A stretch of DNA of 64,000 bases from an uncultured Verrucomicrobiae bacterium (GTDB lineage Bacteria > Verrucomicrobiota > Verrucomicrobiia > Chthoniobacterales > JAFAMB01), in contig CAWIPH010000002.1 in the NCBI GenBank assembly GCA_963837955.1, positions 1,056,001 through 1,120,000 on the forward strand. The letters run 5' to 3'. Shown here one piece after another: positions 38,847-49,358 of this stretch (within the stretch, counting starts at the first letter, position 1; each line of letters starts with the position of its first letter). A model generated the notes under the pieces. The model was not told where the DNA came from and made no database searches. It was given only the letters and a program-made list of their open reading frames with translations. The translations under genes were made by a program, and so were the position numbers.

Positions 38847-38892
38847 AGGCTGTTCCTATTCTAGACATAGGAAACTCATATTTCAAACCTAT
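38845..38892. promoter_or_regulatory. OxyR operator
   Basis: ATAG-N7-CTAT-N7-ATAG-N7-ATAT-N7-CTAT between oxyR and catalase. Confidence 0.85.
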
Positions 38893-38937
38893 AAAAGGAT
38901 CGGCTACTGAATTCGCATCCTTCAAAAGGAAGCAAAT

Positions 38938-40443
38938 ATGTCACAACAACCTATTCCGCCCGAAACTTTGACCACGGCATCCGGAGCTCCGGTCGAAGAT
39001 AACCAAAACAGCATCACTGCCGGACCGCGTGGTCCAGTGCTGCTCCAGGACTATTGGCTGCTGGAAAAGTTGGCAACCTTCAATCGCGAGCGTATCCCCG
39101 AGCGAATCGTGCACGCGAAAGGATCGGCCGCACACGGTACTTTGACCATCACCAACGATATCACCAGGTATTCGAAGGCAGCGGTATTTAGCAAAGTGGG
39201 AAAACAAACGCCGGCATACTTGCGGTTTTCGACCGTGGCCGGTGAGCGCGGTGCGGCCGACGCAGAAAGAGATGTCCGCGGATTTGCTCTCAAATTCTAT
39301 ACCGACGAAGGCAATTGGGATTTGGTGGGTAACAACACACCGGTGTTTTTTGTTCGGGATCCCTTAAAGTTTCCCGATTTCATTCATACCCAGAAGAGAG
39401 ACCCCAAGACCAATATGCGGAGTAATACCGCCGCCTGGGATTTCTGGAGCCTTTCACCCGAGTCGCTTCACCAGGTGACTATTTTGATGAGCGATCGCGG
39501 GTTGCCCCGCAATTTTCGCCAGATCAACGGCTATGGTTCGCATACCTACAGCTTCATCAATGCCAAAGGCGAAAGGTACTGGGTGAAATTCCATTTCAAA
39601 TCCATGCAGGGTCATACCTTTTATACCGATCAAGAGGCGACGGACGTCGTCGGCGGTGACCGCGAGTCAGCTCAGCGAGATCTGTTCGAAACCATCGAGG
39701 CTGGCAACTATCCCCGGTGGCGTTTCTGCATCCAGGTCATGCCTGAAGAAAAAGCGGAAACTTATCGCTGGAACCCGTTCGATCTGACCAAGGTTTGGCC
39801 ACATTCCGATTTCCCGTTGATTGAGGTCGGCATCCTCGAGCTCAATCGCAATCCGGAGAACTACTTTGCCGAGGTGGAACAAGCTGCCTTTTCGCCGGCC
39901 AATGTTGTCCCCGGGATTGGTCACTCGCCCGATAAGATGTTGCAGGCACGGATCTTTTCCTACGCTGACGCCCATCGTTATCGGCTCGGAGTAAACCATG
40001 AATTGATTCCGGTTAATAAGCCCCGCTGTCCGGTCATGAATTACCATCGGGACGGCTCCATGCGCGTTGATGCCAATGGGGGTGGCAGCGTTAATTACGA
40101 ACCCAATAGCTTCAATGGCCCGGTGCAACGTGCGGCTTTCAATGAACCGCCTTTGCGCATCACTGGAGACGCCACCCGCTATGATCACCGCGACGGCAAC
40201 GATGATTATACGCAGCCCGGTAACCTGTTTCGACTCTTCAATGCGGATCAAAAGGCTCGCCTGTTCGCAAACATTGCTCGGCATATGGCTCCGGTACCGC
40301 ACGAGATTCGGCTGCGCCAGATCTGCCATTTTTTCCGGGCCGATCCAGCTTACGGAATCGGCGTAGCCCAAGCTCTGGGGATCGATCTAGCTGAATTCAT
40401 GCCCGCAACCGAGCAAGTCGAAGCTTTAGCTGGAAAACACTAA
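38938..40443 (+). CDS. katA: Monofunctional heme catalase (small subunit)
   Basis: [24 protein letters not shown] and [12 protein letters not shown] motifs. Confidence 0.93.
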   Translation: MSQQPIPPETLTTASGAPVEDNQNSITAGPRGPVLLQDYWLLEKLATFNRERIPERIVHAKGSAAHGTLTITNDITRYSKAAVFSKVGKQTPAYLRFSTVAGERGAADAERDVRGFALKFYTDEGNWDLVGNNTPVFFVRDPLKFPDFIHTQKRDPKTNMRSNTAAWDFWSLSPESLHQVTILMSDRGLPRNFRQINGYGSHTYSFINAKGERYWVKFHFKSMQGHTFYTDQEATDVVGGDRESAQRDLFETIEAGNYPRWRFCIQVMPEEKAETYRWNPFDLTKVWPHSDFPLIEVGILELNRNPENYFAEVEQAAFSPANVVPGIGHSPDKMLQARIFSYADAHRYRLGVNHELIPVNKPRCPVMNYHRDGSMRVDANGGGSVNYEPNSFNGPVQRAAFNEPPLRITGDATRYDHRDGNDDYTQPGNLFRLFNADQKARLFANIARHMAPVPHEIRLRQICHFFRADPAYGIGVAQALGIDLAEFMPATEQVEALAGKH

Positions 40444-40463
40444 TATGAAAATACAAGAACAAA

Positions 40464-41441
40464 CTAATCTAAGGATCTATTCCAACCATTCCACTTTTGG
40501 CGGCGAACTCGACGCGCTGCAAGTCGTCCGAGTTCCGGTCGGCACTTTCGCCGGCACCCAGGAAAGACTATTTTTGATCCAAGACGGCGAGCTGCTCGGA
40601 TTCGATATCGGGAATCAGGGCGGCGGTCAGAACTAGCGCTATTCATTGCATTGTCGGTAGGGCGAAAATCATTCGCCCTGCCGATCAGGGGCACCGTCCC
40701 AACGTTGGTAGGGCGAAAATTTATTTGAGCCGGGAACCCCCGGAGCGGCTCATGCAGAGCGTTCGCCCTACCGATAGGGGCGCTGGCGCGATTCGGGTTT
40801 CGGAAGAGCAGGATGGAATATCCAAAGCTTGCTACCAAACCAACAAAAATCATCGACAAAGTGGATGGTTCAGGAACAGCCGACCTACTGATCACGAGTT
40901 TGTCGTTCGAAGTTAAGGGATTCCCGATCACCGTGTAGCTCCCATTAATGTCCTGTTCAATAATCCCCTGCTGTTGGTTGGTGTTCGGGAAATAGGTTCC
41001 CCGGATTATTTTGGGGTTGGATAGCGGTCCGGAATAAATGGGTGAGGTGGGGGAAAATAGGAAAAAAATGAAATACTGCTGATAAGGACCGCCGATTTCT
41101 ATTTGCCCTCCCGATGACCCGGACTTGGCCACTTCAAAGATGTTATTCGCCTGAGGAATATTCACGAAGGTTATCGGAGCGTTGTCCCCTAGTTGATAGG
41201 TTTCAGACGTTGGGATCACGCTAAAGAAAGTGCTGCTGGAGAAGAAGGTGGGATCAGAACTGATATTTTGCGGCAGGGTGAACTGCAAATCGAAAGCCGT
41301 GTTCGGCGCCGATACGGTTGTAGTTGGAGCGGTGGCATCAAACGTCCCGGAGAAATTGAAATGGAGATTTTGGCCGCTAGCCTGAAAGATCAAGAGCGCT
41401 GAGGTCGCGCAGAGCATTCCAAAAAACCGTAGCCGTTCCAT
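40464..41441 (-). CDS. Secreted PEP-CTERM protein; ORF reads on through REP DNA past the sorting signal
   Basis: Signal peptide; VPEPSTLSMIFVGLVASFGYSILLFR. Confidence 0.75.
   Translation of the reverse strand: MERLRFFGMLCATSALLIFQASGQNLHFNFSGTFDATAPTTTVSAPNTAFDLQFTLPQNISSDPTFFSSSTFFSVIPTSETYQLGDNAPITFVNIPQANNIFEVAKSGSSGGQIEIGGPYQQYFIFFLFSPTSPIYSGPLSNPKIIRGTYFPNTNQQQGIIEQDINGSYTVIGNPLTSNDKLVISRSAVPEPSTLSMIFVGLVASFGYSILLFRNPNRASAPIGRANALHEPLRGFPAQINFRPTNVGTVPLIGRANDFRPTDNAMNSASSDRRPDSRYRIRAARRLGSKIVFPGCRRKCRPELGRLAARRVRRQKWNGWNRSLD
40656..40772. repeat. REP family D (GGTAGGGCGAA...TTCGCCCTRCC), two units
   Basis: Units at 40656-40682 and 40707-40772; partial copy near 48983. Confidence 0.8.
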
Positions 41442-42030
41442 GGGCTCTCGAGCAGTACCAGGGTCGACCGGAAGATGCGATTAAAACAGCTCGGGTTAGA
41501 GCAGATTGCTGTAAGTTTCATATTTTCAGTAGAGACGAGAGAGTTCGCTCCAGCTGAGGATACGATTCGGCAGCCGCGGGATGATGAGCCTGACTCGCGT
41601 CACCGTTCTAATCCCAGACAAAGGCCTATTTTAGAGGCTGGCGGCTGCTCACGGACCAGGAAGGCGATCACCGGATTGATCGAAGATTAAGGCTCGGTGC
41701 AACAGGAATTCGTGGTGTGCGGCTCTACTGAAGGAAAGGGCGGATCCCTGAACCTGAAGGCCGAACCGGGCTATCAAGATTTGTTGACTGATCCTATAAA
41801 ATTAATAAGAACCATATTTTCTGCTAAATTGCGCAAGAATGGGGACGATAATACGAAATGGTAGCGCCTCCCGGCGAACGTTGTATCTGCCGCCGCAGAC
41901 GACTTCCAACCGGATAAATCAAGTATGCAGAAGGCATATCAATTTGCTCTAAACAATGGCCCGGCCTCAAGCCCGGCTGCGAATAATCGCCTTTCATCTC
42001 GGCGTTCAGCCGAACGGAGAGGAGATTACC

Positions 42031-42264
42031 ATGTCGGCCTTTGAGCGACTCCTTGCGATTGCCGACGAAGAAACCTTGGAACTTGCCCGCGCAATGATCG
42101 GGAAGCCGGAACTGGCCCTGCTTCTCGCGAAGGAAGCGCTCAAAAACACCAACGAGGTTCTTTCGCCCGACACCGTCGCCGGAGTCCTGGGAATTTCCCG
42201 AAATGGCGCGACAAACAAGATAGAAAATTGCGGCGTCTCCGAACGACCGGCGTGGAACGATTGA
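42031..42264 (+). CDS. Small hypothetical protein with HTH-like C-terminus
   Basis: GAGGAG before ATG 42031; LSPDTVAGVLGISRNG; stop overlaps the next start. Confidence 0.5.
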   Translation: MSAFERLLAIADEETLELARAMIGKPELALLLAKEALKNTNEVLSPDTVAGVLGISRNGATNKIENCGVSERPAWND

Positions 42265-43499
42265 ACGTTGTGAGGCGTTTGGTGATACTGAGTGTTGCGA
42301 TCGGGTGCATAACAGCACACGCTGGTGACGACCGGTTTGGGTTCGCCACGCATTTCGAGCAAGGTTGGCCGCCCAATCCGGTGATGCCGGCCATCGCCTC
42401 GACGGGCGTATCGTACATTCGGGATGATCTCAATGCCGGGAGTTGGGAGCCTAGTGCCGGTGTTTACGTGCAGCCTTCCTGGGATATGGCTTGGCTTAAT
42501 GCCGCCAAGGCTAATGGCTTGAAAGTCGTCGCTGTTCTAGGCCCGAACTGGCATTACAAAGATAATTACGACCAGGTCGCAATGTCTAATCTGGCGGCAT
42601 GGATCGCCAAAACCGGGTTGGTCACTGCGTTTGAGATAACGAACGAACCGAACAACGCTTACGCATCCTACGAAGGATCGGGCTGGTGCACGAAGCTCGT
42701 ATGGCTCACGAATGCGGTTACGGCTGCTGTTCACGCTGTTAACCCGTCCATTCAGGTGATTGGTCTCGGTGGGCAAGGATCGCAAATTACCTACATGCTA
42801 GCAAAGGGGACGACCATGGATGGCGTGGTCTATCATCCGTATGGAAACGGGGCCGGGTTTATTCCCGAGACGACGTACGAATGGCCGTATCTGGATTACG
42901 GAACCTGGATTCAGGTGCTAGACTCGAAGACTAGGTTGCCCAAATGGGAAACCGAATGGGGCACCGGCACCACGGCGACGTTTACCAACACGCATCAGGC
43001 GGTGTTTATTGCGAGGCGATTACTGCAAGAGTCTGGTCTCGGCGTAGAGCATTCCTTCATCTACGAATTCGAAGACAACGGTCCAGAACTTTACGGTGTG
43101 GACTCCAACAATCCGACGACACCAAAAACGGCGTTTTACGTGGTGCAACGGATCATATCGACCTTAGCCGGCGTCCAGGGCGGGACCAGCCTTGTGACTG
43201 TCAACTCGGTCGCAAACGGGGATGTGGCTGACGTGAAGGCATTCGCCTACCAGGGCTCGATCAACAAAACGGTCGTGGCCTTCTGGTTCGGGAACTGTGA
43301 CCCTCGCACTCCGCCAGCGGCGAGCACATGCCAACTCACGTTCACTGTTCCCCATCCGTATACGCAACCCTACGTCATGAACGCCATGACCGGAGCTCAG
43401 GTACCCCTGTCGTCGTACAACTGGTCGCAAAGCGGAAACCAATGCACTGTTGCCGGCCTGCCGATATCAGATCAACCCCTGATCATCGTCATGCAATGA
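42261..43499 (+). CDS. Secreted clan GH-A glycoside hydrolase (GH39/GH5-like) with C-terminal beta domain
   Basis: Signal peptide ending AHA; FEITNEPN acid/base, YHPY, WETEWG nucleophile. Confidence 0.8.
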   Translation: MNVVRRLVILSVAIGCITAHAGDDRFGFATHFEQGWPPNPVMPAIASTGVSYIRDDLNAGSWEPSAGVYVQPSWDMAWLNAAKANGLKVVAVLGPNWHYKDNYDQVAMSNLAAWIAKTGLVTAFEITNEPNNAYASYEGSGWCTKLVWLTNAVTAAVHAVNPSIQVIGLGGQGSQITYMLAKGTTMDGVVYHPYGNGAGFIPETTYEWPYLDYGTWIQVLDSKTRLPKWETEWGTGTTATFTNTHQAVFIARRLLQESGLGVEHSFIYEFEDNGPELYGVDSNNPTTPKTAFYVVQRIISTLAGVQGGTSLVTVNSVANGDVADVKAFAYQGSINKTVVAFWFGNCDPRTPPAASTCQLTFTVPHPYTQPYVMNAMTGAQVPLSSYNWSQSGNQCTVAGLPISDQPLIIVMQ

Positions 43500-43894
43500 T
43501 GTCGGCATTAGTGATTATACTCCGATAATCACCAGAACGGTCTTCGTTTTGCGATTTTGAGACCGGTCAGGCCGGCGGGATCCATATGCAATCCTTCAGG
43601 CAAGAAGTGTTGCGGGTTGCAATCGACAATCAGTCCCCAGTATAGCCCGCTGCAGTTCCATAGCCCGCATTGGGGTCCCACCCCGACAAGTGCTGGGCCT
43701 GGTACGGCGATAAAGACGACCCCCAGGGCATCTGGCGCATTACTGCCCTAAAATGAACGGTGCTCACATTACTCGCGTTAGCGAATCGTACTGGAAATAG
43801 GTCGCACCAGATGCAAGAATTCTTCGCTAGTCTAAGGGTCGATCCGATCACGGGATTTCTGATGGCGACACGAACATCAACCTAAGAAAAAACT

Positions 43895-44359
43895 ATGGCA
43901 TACCAACCCCTATATACAGCCGTGGCAACCGCCACTGGTGGAAGAGACGGACACGTTGAAAGTTCTGATGGCATTGTGAAGCTCGATTTGAGTGTACCCC
44001 GTGAAATGGGTGGACCAGGCAAACCCGGTACATCGAATCCCGAGCAATTGTTTGCTTCCGGCTACTCTGCCTGTTTCGCCGGTGCGATTGGTTTTGTGGC
44101 CAACCAACAACACAAAAAGCTCGGTGATATCCAGGTAACGGGCCATGTCACATTCGGTAAGGTCGACGAGAAGTCCACATACAACGCGGGTGGGACGACT
44201 TATCCTTTGCCAGGATTTCAACTCGCGGTCCGGCTGGATGTCCATATTCCGGGCGTCGACAAGGCAGAGGCAGAAAAGCTGGTCGAAGAGGCACACCTAG
44301 TCTGTCCGTACTCCAGGGCGACTCGTAATAACATCGACGTCCAATTCGCCGTCGTGTAG
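43895..44359 (+). CDS. ohr: Organic hydroperoxide resistance protein
   Basis: [21 protein letters not shown] and AHLVCPYS motifs. Confidence 0.95.
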   Translation: MAYQPLYTAVATATGGRDGHVESSDGIVKLDLSVPREMGGPGKPGTSNPEQLFASGYSACFAGAIGFVANQQHKKLGDIQVTGHVTFGKVDEKSTYNAGGTTYPLPGFQLAVRLDVHIPGVDKAEAEKLVEEAHLVCPYSRATRNNIDVQFAVV

Positions 44360-44567
44360 GCCAATTTACCGCTCACTTGAAATTGAGCACCCGCGTTTCT
44401 CGATGACTTTTGCGGGAACCGGCGTCATGATCGATAGGGTGCCGACCCGGCGCAGGAGTGAACTCGCTAAGACCGAGAGCTCTCCGCGCCTAAGATAGGC
44501 TGACTCGCAGCGGACAATCAGACAGTGTGTGGTTGGGTGATATCTCCAATTGTACAGCCGTCTCCAA

Positions 44568-44852
44568 TTACTTCTTTACCCCCAGAATCGCGTCTTTCGC
44601 CACCTTCGCTACTCGGAATTTGACGACGGTCTTGGCTGGAATCTTGATCTTTTGTTGTGTCTTGGGATTAAACCCGGTGCGCGCTTTCCTCTTCTGCTTC
44701 ACCAGCTTACCAAAACCGGGCAAGACAAATTCGCCGTCCTTTTTGATCGCTTTGTAGGCGAGGTTACTGAGCGTATCTAGGAATACTCCGGCGGTTTTTC
44801 TGTCGGTCTGGGTGGCTGTAGCGAGCGCGATTTGAAGTTCAGTCTTAGTCAT
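44568..44852 (-). CDS. hup: HU family DNA-binding protein
   Basis: LPGFGKL...RKARTGFNPKT...KIPAKTVVKF. Confidence 0.93.
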   Translation of the reverse strand: MTKTELQIALATATQTDRKTAGVFLDTLSNLAYKAIKKDGEFVLPGFGKLVKQKRKARTGFNPKTQQKIKIPAKTVVKFRVAKVAKDAILGVKK

Positions 44853-44949
44853 CTCTAGCCGTGGTTTATGGCAGCGAAATCGAACGATTTCAAGGCAATC
44901 GGCCGATTAATGAACCGAACAAGGTTCTACAAAAGGTCGCAGAGTCAGA

Positions 44950-44985
44950 TTTTTGAACAGGAGGTCGCAGAGATCTCAAAGAAGG
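44950..44985. repeat. TTTGAACAGGAGGTCGCAGAG repeat copy
   Basis: Matches the copies at about 16500 and 16755. Confidence 0.7.
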
Positions 44986-45060
44986 TAGTCCCTGGTCAAA
45001 CGTATTTGAACCCGCGGTCTTCGTCGTTGGCGTTAGTGACAACTACTGATACTGGTTTTG

Positions 45061-45756
45061 ATGCTTAATTGGCTGTTCTACAGGCCAATATTCGGCAATA
45101 GGGTTGATCGAGGAGACGCGAACCCCTGGCAAGAATATTGGGGCGAATCATATGCCCCAGAACTAAAGCAGCAACTGCTGAGGCCTGTTTTTGGCAAGCT
45201 CGAGGCGGAAGAAAAGATCGGCAACCTGATCGTTGATGTTGGCAGTGGTGTATCGCCAGTAACGCGACTGTTAAAAACCAGACCGGGAAGGAAACGAGTT
45301 TGTGTCGATATAGCCGCCGATAATGATGGATCGTTGGACGAGCTGAGAATCCGGCTTGACGCAGAGAAGGCCGGACAATTTTTGGCGCTAAGTTTCCGAA
45401 AAGCTCTGCTTAGGGTCTGCGCATTCCTTGAGATAAACCCTAAAACAGACGGAAAAAGGGGGCGTGCGGATACGATCGTTTTTTCGGATGTGTTGAACTA
45501 CGTGGATTTTCGGAAGGTTCTGAGTGGTTTTGGGAAATATCTCAAACCGGATGGCAGGATTATTGTTCTCAATTTACCCCACCGGGGCAACGCCTCGCTA
45601 TTTTCCGACAACGGTCTCAAAGACAATCGTCAGCTTTATGCATTTTTAGAAGAACACCATTTTGAGATCGAGCATAAAGCGTTTCCCAAAAGGTCTCGGA
45701 ATGAGACAGATGAATCAGAGGAACTCATTGTGCTGGTGGCACGTCGAAGACCATGA
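45061..45756 (+). CDS. Class I SAM-dependent methyltransferase-like protein
   Basis: IVDVGSG, VCVDIA and DTIVFSDVLNY...YLKPDGRI motifs. Confidence 0.7.
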   Translation: MLNWLFYRPIFGNRVDRGDANPWQEYWGESYAPELKQQLLRPVFGKLEAEEKIGNLIVDVGSGVSPVTRLLKTRPGRKRVCVDIAADNDGSLDELRIRLDAEKAGQFLALSFRKALLRVCAFLEINPKTDGKRGRADTIVFSDVLNYVDFRKVLSGFGKYLKPDGRIIVLNLPHRGNASLFSDNGLKDNRQLYAFLEEHHFEIEHKAFPKRSRNETDESEELIVLVARRRP

Positions 45757-45893
45757 CCGACGCAGAAGACCCCTAGAGACATCTGCGTAATCAGCGGACG
45801 CCTTCGTTGCGAGCGATTCTTCTAAGTGCCTGAGCTTTGATTGCCTCCCAGCTGTACCACCGGTCAGGAACTTGGCACCGCCCGTGTTGTTTC

Positions 45894-46865
45894 CTAGTTC
45901 AGTTTCTGTACCTCCAAGAGGATTTTCCCGCCTCGCAGCAGATGGGCGATCGCATCGCGGATCCGGGAGAGCGGGTAGACGGCGGTCACGGGAACGTGTA
46001 GCGCACCGGACGCCACCAAAGGAGCTGCCTCGCGCATTGCCGGCAACACCTTCTTCTCGTAATCAAAATAGCCCAAGAAGAAGCCCCGTACCTGGAGCTG
46101 TTTGAAGATCAGTTGCAGAGCGTTAACCGACATCGGTTCGCCACTCGCCGCAGCGTAGGCGACGAGCACGCCTCCCGGGGAAAGCGCCTGGACCAGTGTA
46201 GCGGTGGCCACGCCGCTGATCGCATCGACGCCGAGGCGCACGGAACCATCTCCCACGAGGCGAAGCGCCTCTTCAACTGCACCGGGCTCGTCGACGAGTA
46301 CGATGTCGCCTCCGGCGGCTTTGAGTTCTTTCAGCAATTCCTGGCGGCGGACGAAGTTTATCGTTCGCAAACCACGCGCTCTGGCGATCGCGATGAGGGA
46401 ACGGCCGACACCAGAGTTGGCGCTGTTCTGAACCACCCAATCGCCGGGTTTCAGCTGAGTATATTCACTCAAAATGAGAGACGCCGTCGGCGGGTTACCG
46501 CTAAGCATGGAAAATTGCTGAGGATCGCCGTCGGGCAGCGGAAACAGGCTGGAGGCCGGTACGATCATTTTCTCACGCCAGGTTTTGGAAAGTATTGGTG
46601 CAAGCACGCGATCGCCAACCTTGACGTTCTCGACGCCGCGACCGATGGCCAGGACCCGCCCGAGCCCTTCGTTGCCGACGACGGTCGGGAGCGCCGGACC
46701 GCTGCCCAAAGCGTTGCCAATGAATAAGAGGTCGTGCTTATTGAGCGTCGCGATCTCGATGCCCAGAAGTGCCTCGTCGGGGCCGGGTGCCCCTGGTTCC
46801 GAAAGATCCACCACTTCGAGAACTTCAAGCGGATCGCCATAGGATTTGATTTGGACAGCTTTCAT
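45894..46865 (-). CDS. MDR-family oxidoreductase (2-enoyl thioester reductase-like)
   Basis: GNEG, NPPTA, VVQNSANSGVG and GKILL motifs. Confidence 0.88.
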   Translation of the reverse strand: MKAVQIKSYGDPLEVLEVVDLSEPGAPGPDEALLGIEIATLNKHDLLFIGNALGSGPALPTVVGNEGLGRVLAIGRGVENVKVGDRVLAPILSKTWREKMIVPASSLFPLPDGDPQQFSMLSGNPPTASLILSEYTQLKPGDWVVQNSANSGVGRSLIAIARARGLRTINFVRRQELLKELKAAGGDIVLVDEPGAVEEALRLVGDGSVRLGVDAISGVATATLVQALSPGGVLVAYAAASGEPMSVNALQLIFKQLQVRGFFLGYFDYEKKVLPAMREAAPLVASGALHVPVTAVYPLSRIRDAIAHLLRGGKILLEVQKLN

Positions 46866-46966
46866 AGCGGAGTTCTCTTCAGCAAAGGTTTGGGTCCCAC
46901 GGTAGAAAGTCCATTATTGGAGCGACACACTGCGAGATTTAGTAGGTCATTCATTGGCACTTTCTA

Positions 46967-47404
46967 TTACAAGCTCGAAGACGTCGATTTGCCACTATCC
47001 GCACTCGGGGGGAACGAGTCTCCAAACATCGGGTTTCCGCTTTTGGACTGTTCCTCGGTAGTCTCGTCCTGAATGACATCCCAGTGCTCAAGCAGAATTC
47101 CGTCTTTCATACGGATAATATCCGCCGCAATCCAGTTCACCGGCAGCCCGAGACCCGAGAACCGGCCGTGGATAATGACGAAGTCTCCCTCCGCTACGAT
47201 TACTCCCGGCTCATACCTGAGCGTAGGCGGGATGCTCTTGATCAAGTTGAACAGACCGTCGCGGCCCGGCTCAATGTGCGCACTGTGCTGAATGTAATTG
47301 GGCGCCCAGAAGCGCTCCGCTGCGGTGTAGTCTCTCTTATTGAATAGAGTGTCGAAGGCCTCCAGTACAATCGCCTTATTGTTTTCTGCTTTTGAATCGT
47401 CCAT
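46967..47404 (-). CDS. SnoaL-like / NTF2 family protein
   Basis: YIQHSAHIEPGRDG and EHWDVIQDE motifs. Confidence 0.88.
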   Translation of the reverse strand: MDDSKAENNKAIVLEAFDTLFNKRDYTAAERFWAPNYIQHSAHIEPGRDGLFNLIKSIPPTLRYEPGVIVAEGDFVIIHGRFSGLGLPVNWIAADIIRMKDGILLEHWDVIQDETTEEQSKSGNPMFGDSFPPSADSGKSTSSSL

Positions 47405-47649
47405 TTTGATCTTCCTATTTTTTAACTAAAATTAGAGTTAGTAGTGCATGGGTTCCGGCCGCAGTTTGAGTTATACTGCTGGAGGATCGATTTTAGGCCA
47501 TTGGTGCTAACATAAGTGTCGCTATCCGGTTCCTGCATCAGCGCGATGGTTGGGTTTTTCAGTGTCCCCTTCTGGGGGTACCAAGAGGTAAATTTTTGTA
47601 CCACGGCGAGACGAATTTTTACTGCCACTTTTGAGGTGGACAGAGATCC

Positions 47650-48780
47650 TCAACAACCAGCCGTTATCAATGTGGGATAATCGGTGTAACCTTTCGGTCC
47701 GGATGCATAAACTGTTGGCCAACTAACTTCGTTGAGCTTTGCGCCCGCCAGAAAACGCACTGGCAGATCGGGATTAGCGATGTAGGGGCGACCAAAGGCG
47801 ATGGAGTCAGCAAGTGCTGCCTCTATCAAGCGGTTCGCCCGCTCTAGGGCCATATCGACATTGGCGATGAGATGTCCTAGATAGAGCGGCCGAAAGTGTT
47901 GAAACATGCCGTCGCCCGCCAGCCGTTCCAGCGGACTTCCCGTGAAATCGGTCGTTGCTCCCATTAGTAGCAAGTGAGCGAGATCATAGTCGTTTAGCTT
48001 CTTTATCACATACTCCATGTCGGGCAGAGTGTCGGCGTTAGCGGCGAAGGGCCCTGACAAGTGCATCGGACCGACCTTGATCCCCACTCGACCCGGCTCT
48101 ACGTGTTCGAGCACCGTCTCGATGATTTCGAAAAGGAAACGAGCGCGATTAACGGTAGAGCCACCATATTCATCTTGGCGAAGGTTCGTGGCGCTATTCA
48201 GGAATTGAGCAATCAGATAGAGATAGTTGGCTTGGATCTGCACGCCATCGAATCCGGCTTCCATCGCATTCTTTGCCGCGGTCCCAAATTCCGCGACCGC
48301 GCGGCGAATTTCATTTTTGCTCATCGGGCGAGGAACTACGGTGGGCTTCCGTCCCGAGGGAGTAACGCTCTCTTGCTCCGGATTCACATCGGATGCGGAC
48401 ATCGGTAAGGCCTCGTCGAAGAAGTCCGGGTGCGACATCGCGCCGGTGTGCCAAAGCTGTGCGTACATCAACCCGCCCTTCTGGTGGACCGCCTCCGTCA
48501 CCGCTCGCCATCCCCGAACTTGCTCGGCGCTCCATAGCCCAGGGGTATCAGCCCAACCGTAAGCATCCGGGCTGATCTCGGTGCATTCGCCAATGATAAG
48601 ACCGGCAGAGACACGCTGGGCGTAGTACTCGGCGTGGAGTTCGGTGGGTGCATGCCCTGGGTTAGCCGCACGCATGCGGGTAAGCGGCGCCATGATGATC
48701 CGGTTGGGCAATCGTAGTTTGCCCATCTGCACCGGAGTGAAGAGTGGCTGCGGCCATGGTTGGGAAATCTGGTTCAACAT
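47650..48780 (-). CDS. Old Yellow Enzyme family alkene reductase (NemA-like)
   Basis: NRIIMAPLTRMR, QLWHTG, GFDGVQI, RQDEYGGS and FGRPYIANPDL motifs. Confidence 0.92.
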   Translation of the reverse strand: MLNQISQPWPQPLFTPVQMGKLRLPNRIIMAPLTRMRAANPGHAPTELHAEYYAQRVSAGLIIGECTEISPDAYGWADTPGLWSAEQVRGWRAVTEAVHQKGGLMYAQLWHTGAMSHPDFFDEALPMSASDVNPEQESVTPSGRKPTVVPRPMSKNEIRRAVAEFGTAAKNAMEAGFDGVQIQANYLYLIAQFLNSATNLRQDEYGGSTVNRARFLFEIIETVLEHVEPGRVGIKVGPMHLSGPFAANADTLPDMEYVIKKLNDYDLAHLLLMGATTDFTGSPLERLAGDGMFQHFRPLYLGHLIANVDMALERANRLIEAALADSIAFGRPYIANPDLPVRFLAGAKLNEVSWPTVYASGPKGYTDYPTLITAGC

Positions 48781-48790
48781 CGGGAATAAA

Positions 48791-48860
48791 AAACCAATCG
48801 GTTCAGTACCCAAACATGTGGCTCCCTTGGCGTCAAGAAATGTTTTGCACCACTCGGTTC
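48791..48860. promoter_or_regulatory. Paired TetR-type operators flanking a minus-strand TTGACG -35
   Basis: AAACCAATCGGTTC 48791-48804 and GCACCACTCGGTTC 48847-48860; same layout at 50121-50191. Confidence 0.7.
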
Positions 48861-48882
48861 ATTAATCGATATATTTCCAGCC

Positions 48883-49177
48883 ATGGGACGACCAAAAAAT
48901 TTTACCCGCGAAGCTGTCTTAGAGAAGGCGCTGCCGGTTTTTTTGGCGGCGCGGATTTGCGGACGCACGCCATGATGGGGCGGGTAGGGCGAAACAGATC
49001 CAGCGAAAGCAGGATCTGTGAGCTTGAGCGAAAGAGGACCTGTTTGTGCAGAGCCTCCGGTACTACTTGGAAAGTCTCGAGAAGCAGGGCCTGCTGACCG
49101 CCGATCCCTTGGGCTGGAATAACATCGAGCGATTCCTTAAGATGGGACCATGCAGCTTAGAGGGACAAAAGGGATGA
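48883..49177 (+). pseudogene. TetR/AcrR regulator pseudogene (ComR/NemR-like)
   Basis: MGRPKNFTREAVLEKALPVF, T7 frameshift, disrupted HTH, then KEDLFVQSLRYY...GQKG followed by a premature TGA. Confidence 0.8.
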
Positions 49178-49358
49178 TCTTTGATTGGGACCGCGGTCGA
49201 TGCCTTCGCACTCATCGTTACCCCGGCGGCGCAAGGAGAAACGCTGTGAAGAGCATAAAACGTCGGGCTGGCTCCTCAGAAGGAAAGCTGAAAAGCGCTG
49301 CAGAAAGCGACGGCGGCTTGGCCTGAGATCTGAAGGCAGGATCAAATCCGTCGACGAC

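Noticed and set aside
40445..40636. 63-aa ORF right after catalase
   Set aside because: No recognisable motif (not ankyrin-like) and it overlaps the opposite ORF; cannot be supported
41500..41950. Possible structured ncRNA in a long intergenic region (also 29430-29760 and 43500-43890)
   Set aside because: No recognisable Rfam-type consensus by eye; would need an Infernal search
47422..47628. 68-aa ORF between the OYE and SnoaL genes
   Set aside because: No motif or convincing RBS; left uncalled
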